64,000 nt of DNA, taken from assembly GCF_032062105.1 (NCBI RefSeq), contig NW_026938891.1, forward strand, positions 434,001-498,000. Direction: 5' to 3'. Numbering within the stretch: the stretch's first letter is position 1; every line of letters starts with the position of its first letter. Positions 59,401 to 64,000 of the stretch are shown one piece after another. The stretch comes from Saccostrea cucullata (Eukaryota). The notes under the pieces were generated by a model, which saw only the letters and a program-made list of their open reading frames with translations, had not been told where the DNA came from and made no database searches. The position numbers and the translations under genes are program-made.

Positions 59401-62400
59401 TTACTCATATCCTATGATCAACTAAATACCAATTCTGTGATTATCTTTTAAAATATGACTGCAAAAATGCTTTAAAACCTGCACAAATTGACATAAATAA
59501 GCTGAGATGTACATGCCTGTATTAGCTTTCCTGTTGATTAAATTGTTCTTTCTTTTAGTGGCCTTTAGTTATTTTTTTCTGTGTCGATAAATACATGTAC
59601 ATGTATGCCGTTGTATTAGATGAAGCATTTCTGTTTGTTCTGCTTGATTTTGTAGGGGTCTATGTGGGCAATGTCTTTTTGAAAAATTGTGGTGAATATT
59701 CTTGCCGACACAACTATTAGCAACGATAGCGCGTAGAGCTATTTTAAATTGATTGCTGTTTTTAGACATTATCATACAATACTCCTATATCTCGATTTAC
59801 TCTGTAGTGAAATAGTTTTAAAAACTTCTACAAGCCTTCGTTGCATAGGATGTCTGCCTATTAAACCCAAATCCTTAACTTTACTTGTATAAGTTTCCAA
59901 ATATATCTTATAGAACACAATCTATATTGACAAGAGGAGAAAATCACACAAGCAATGGCATAATCAGGATGTATTTCCTGATAAAATAATAATAATCAGT
60001 TCAGTTAAGAAGCCAGATAAGATAAGTCAGGAAACTTTTTCCTTTGATATTTTGAATTGACTCAATTGTACACATACCTGGAAGTTCATGAAATCTCTGT
60101 ATTTACTTCGCTACAGAGGGGATAGTTGGTAAGTGATCATTTGATAACATGTACTAAACGTCACTGGCTGATAATTGCACCCCTTGAAACCCATATAATT
60201 CATATATGTAAGAAACTTTTTGTCCTGGGGTGACTTTTATGATGAAAAAAAAATTATTTTGAAAACGGTTAATATTTTATCTATGCCATTTTTATTTTTA
60301 AAAGAAAATTCCACATTTATAAAGCAATGTAATTGATTTGGCACCAATGTATGATGTAAATGAACTTGAATGTTCTTAACAGTGCAGTTAGTGGGTAAGT
60401 TTTCTGCAGAAATAAAGAACACAATATTAACGTTTCAGCAGACATTAATTTTGTATTGTAAACTTCTTACCTTGGTCTGTTTTAATATACCTTCCAACAC
60501 CAGCTGTATGTTTGGCACCGGTATCCACTCTATGAAAATGTTCAATGTACATGTTTGCGTAATTATGTCTGGTTTAAGTTCCTGCATTATTAAATGATTG
60601 TTTCTTTACCGCACATTTATGGACAGGCATCCCTACGCAATGTTCGATAACTCTTTTGTCCCAGTTAAGGAAAGACAACTACTGTTGGGGTAAATAACGA
60701 AACTGGGAATGCAAAAAAAAAAATAACAATAAGGCCATATAAAATTGAAATCTTGGTTCTCAGGCCCGCGCGCATCCGTTTTGAGGTAGCCGCATTGCCG
60801 ATTTTATTGTATTTTTGATAAAATAAAAAGTTGGTATTGCGGAGACCAATCCGGGAAAAAAAATTCCGACCTCATTTGTTTTGTAGTTTAGTATTCAAAT
60901 ATCATTTCCGGTAGCCATTTACAATGAGATTTTGGTTACTTCGTTTGAAAATATACATTCGAGGACATTACCTATGATGTTTACACGCTGTTAAGCAATG
61001 GATAAAGCAGAAATTTTGATCAGAAATGGAAAGTATATCTGTGATTAAAAAATTATCTTTATGTTAAAGAAAATTCGGAAATTAAAATTAAAAAAAAAAC
61101 CTCCCTCATCTACTTTATTGCCAATAAAATGAAAAATAAAATGCCGCCCTCCCGCATCTGTTTTGGAGAAAATTGGCCTGAGAACCAGGGAATTAAATTT
61201 AGATAGCCTAACAAGCTGAATCTAAGTGCTCATACCTGGCGACTCATGGCTTTAATTTTTTAAAATTAAGTTTGAAAATTCACAGGAGCCAATTAAGCAT
61301 GGGTTTTCGGGATTTTAGTGCAATGTCAATGATGGACTTCTTTCTTTTGTATTTTTAAAATACATGAAAAACGGAAAAAGCATTGCTCTCCCATTTTCGG
61401 ACAACCTTAACAAGGAATTGATACTTGTAAAACGGATTAAAGATCGAATATCCCTAAAAGTGTATTGATTTGAGTTCACCTTGTTCTTTCTCAGCACAAC
61501 AAAACCCAAAACACCTAAGCCCTCTGTGTGTGAAGTGTTTATTCAAAATACGGTATTTTTTGGAGAAAAAAAATAATTATCTGTTTATGACCTTATGGAA
61601 AACAATGACATGCAGCTGTATAAAGATTTTTTTTATCATTGTTTATCATCAATTTATGGTTCTGTGATAATAAGAAAAAGAGGCAAGTCTATTTTTTTTA
61701 ATAAGGAAATTAAATTTAAAGAGTGAAATATAAATGTGTTTTTGAGGTAACTGAGTCTTGTGGTGTATTTCAGGGTCTTCGTCAGGTAAAGTCACGCGGC
61801 ACTAAATGTATAGGACTAAACAATTGTACAGTTTCCACTTACCAATGTACACAAGGAATTTTCTGCCTTAATAATTGTCCACCACTGTGTCATTCATCCC
61901 TCTGTACAAAATCCGAGTAGATTTTTTTTTCATTATACATGTAGCTAGAAAAAAGGATCAATACAATGCATGAAGTATATGTAGCCCTGTTTCTAAATTA
62001 GATGCATGACGATTTTCTTTGATGTACATACACTTACAACATGTTTTTTAAATGAAGTATCATTTCTAATGTACATGTACTACTACAGATATTTGTATCA
62101 ATTGCAAGGTTTCGAATAACTCTTTCTTGCCTTTCAGTTTTTGAAACTAAGTTTAAGTAATTGTTTCTATAGTAGATTATGCAGTGTGTACCTGTATATA
62201 CCCTGGTTATTTTTTTGTCATTCTGAACTCCACTTTGTAGTGTAGAGTTTTCAACACATTTTAATTCATTAACAGAATTGAATTGACTTTGTTTTATTTA
62301 TAATACACTAACCATATTTATGTAAGAAAACAAAATCTATCAAGACTATTTTGAGTTATTTTTGTCATACAAATATTATAAAAAGCAAAACTCGCCGTAA

Positions 62401-63974
62401 TGATAAATTTACCATATTAAAAAAAAAATAATTTTCAACCTTAAAATTTGCAGGAATAAATTTTACTATACTGCGTCTCCCTTTCTGGTTTGAAAATTTT
62501 TACACAGTCTTCAAGCCACATAAACTGAAACATGCAGTTTACGCTGTCGGTGAGTAAATAGATCTAAGTTTACCAAGACACATAGAAATCGATTTTGCTC
62601 TATATGCACTTCTCAAAGATTGTTTCTTAAAATAACGACACTTGTATTCACGATTCTAAAAATACTGAAATTGATTACACAGATTTAAGTTTGAATAATG
62701 AATACCAATTATTTATTGAAGAGTAACTGTATACAGTGGCACGATGTAAGATATCAAGTAATGTTTTTTGCAGCCTTACCGCTAGAGGGCGCTGAACTGG
62801 ACATGATGTCTGTTGATGACGTAGGTGAAGTTATCGTATCGATCCTCAGAAGACCAAAGCAGTATTATGGAAAAACATTGAACCTATCTGTAGAAAAACT
62901 TTCTATGGAAGATATAGTCGATACATTTAACAGACATTTCGATAACAGGAAATTTACAGATCCAAAGGTAAACTCATTTAACGCCAAAGTGTGTGAAATC
63001 AAGTAGTGTCCTTTTTAGTTCAACTTCAAGGTTTTCCTGAAACAAGTTTAATATTGATTAGAAGGTGACTGTTAAGAAGGTGTAACCTTTAAATGCAAAA
63101 TAATAATAATAAGATTTCAAATGCTGCATGTTTCATTGGTTTGTTCCCATCTCGCCTTAACTGTAAAAATTAACATTCCCATTTCGCCTTAGTAAGCTCT
63201 CAGGTGAATTAAGGTGATGAAGATTTAATATATTTAGCATAAAGTAATTTAGTATTACATGTATTATTTCATTCACAATATTCATAAATTCCCATTGATT
63301 GTAAAATTCAATCTAAAAATTTTTAACATTTAAATTTTTATATCAACCTAGTACTAATATTTACAAATACTAAAATTCCCGTTTCGCCTTAGTACTTTTT
63401 AACTTTTTCTTAACTGAATTTCACAGTTAAGGCGAAATGGGAACACACCGTTTCATCACAGAGCAGTAGTCATTTAATTTTGTATACTGTAGATCAATGT
63501 TTCGGCGACACCTTATTTTCTTGAGATGGCTATTCGGTATATATAAGCCAAACAATTTTTTTCAAAATGTGGTTTTAGATGTATGCATGAATAATAATTA
63601 TTAGCATGGCAAATATACGCGAGAATGAACTTTTGGAGATCGAATAAAAAAGGATTGCGTAATTAGACGAAATTAAAGTTCTCGCGAATAAAAAGATTTT
63701 ACTGTATGTACACCGGTACTAATTGGTTAGCTTTCTTTTCATCAAAAGAATGATTTTGGTTTATTTAATTTTTCAGATTAGAGTAAAAGACATGGAAAAA
63801 TTTCAGTTTCCCGGCGCCAAGGATTTGGCTGCAATGTTTGAATTTTATCAGGGTGGACATGCTATTAGAGACGTCAGATTGACCAGAAAATTAAATCCAC
63901 ATGCATTAACTTTTGACAGGTGGTTGTCTGAAAACAGGGACAAGGTGGAGGAAGCTTTACGTGAATCTAATTAG
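56420..63974 (+). CDS. NMRAL1: NmrA-like family domain-containing protein 1 (HSCARG-type NADPH sensor, atypical SDR), 6 exons, 313 aa
   Basis: Exons 56420-56600, 56831-56958, 57813-57957, 62454-62549, 62774-62967, 63777-63974 (942 nt). Rossmann motif VVVFGATGILGG, VRCVTR, FLTTHYWE, HLDSK (His in place of the SDR catalytic Tyr, as in HSCARG), FPGAKDLAAMFEFY, LTRKLNPHALTFDRWL. Confidence 0.9.
57554..57821 (+). repeat. 133-bp tandem duplication that includes the NMRAL1 exon 3 splice acceptor
   Basis: Unit atagcatatcaccacataaac...tactttcag|ggact(c/t)aat occurs twice; acceptor AGs at 57678-57679 and 57811-57812. Confidence 0.9.
60733..61208. mobile_element. MITE with TAA target duplication (Zator/Harbinger-like)
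   Basis: taa|ggccatataaaattgaaatcttggttctcaggcc ... ggcctgagaaccagggaattaaatttagatagcc|taa. Confidence 0.7.
63142..63446. mobile_element. MITE in the last NMRAL1 intron
   Basis: Inverted repeats tgttcccatctcgccttaactgt / acagttaaggcgaaatgggaaca, with internal ttcgccttagta repeats. Confidence 0.7.
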
Positions 63975-64000
63975 AGATTTAAAATTCATTTTTGCAATTA

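Overview
AT-rich, intron-containing animal DNA, most likely from an oyster or related bivalve. That assignment is an inference from the temptin-like and perlucin-like genes and the bivalve-type SINE, Penelope-like and Helentron-type repeats. Reading GT-AG splice sites by hand gives six complete genes and one with an unresolved 5' end: (1) a 23-exon, ~1586-aa non-classical cadherin (+, 3837-18213) with an unrecognised N-terminal domain and about 12 cadherin repeats; (2) a secreted single-domain C-type lectin (-, 23010-25985); (3) an Mpo1/DUF962-like membrane protein lacking a clear start (+, 29922-32323); (4-6) three tandem temptin-like secreted proteins (+, 38017-53038), two of them His-rich with a predicted mature N-terminal His; and (7) an NmrA-like NMRAL1/HSCARG-type gene (+, 56420-63974) with an MGCGSS acylation-type N-terminus. 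Introns and spacers hold many decayed or non-autonomous mobile elements: Penelope-like RT fragments, tRNA-derived SINEs, Tc1/mariner, Harbinger-like and hAT-like MITEs, Helentron-type elements, a Crypton tyrosine-recombinase remnant, a foldback element and palindromic hairpins. There is no CRISPR array, rRNA or convincing functional tRNA. The best candidate for an undescribed system is the His-rich temptin-like cluster, read as secreted metal-binding proteins. All coordinates and counts were made by eye.
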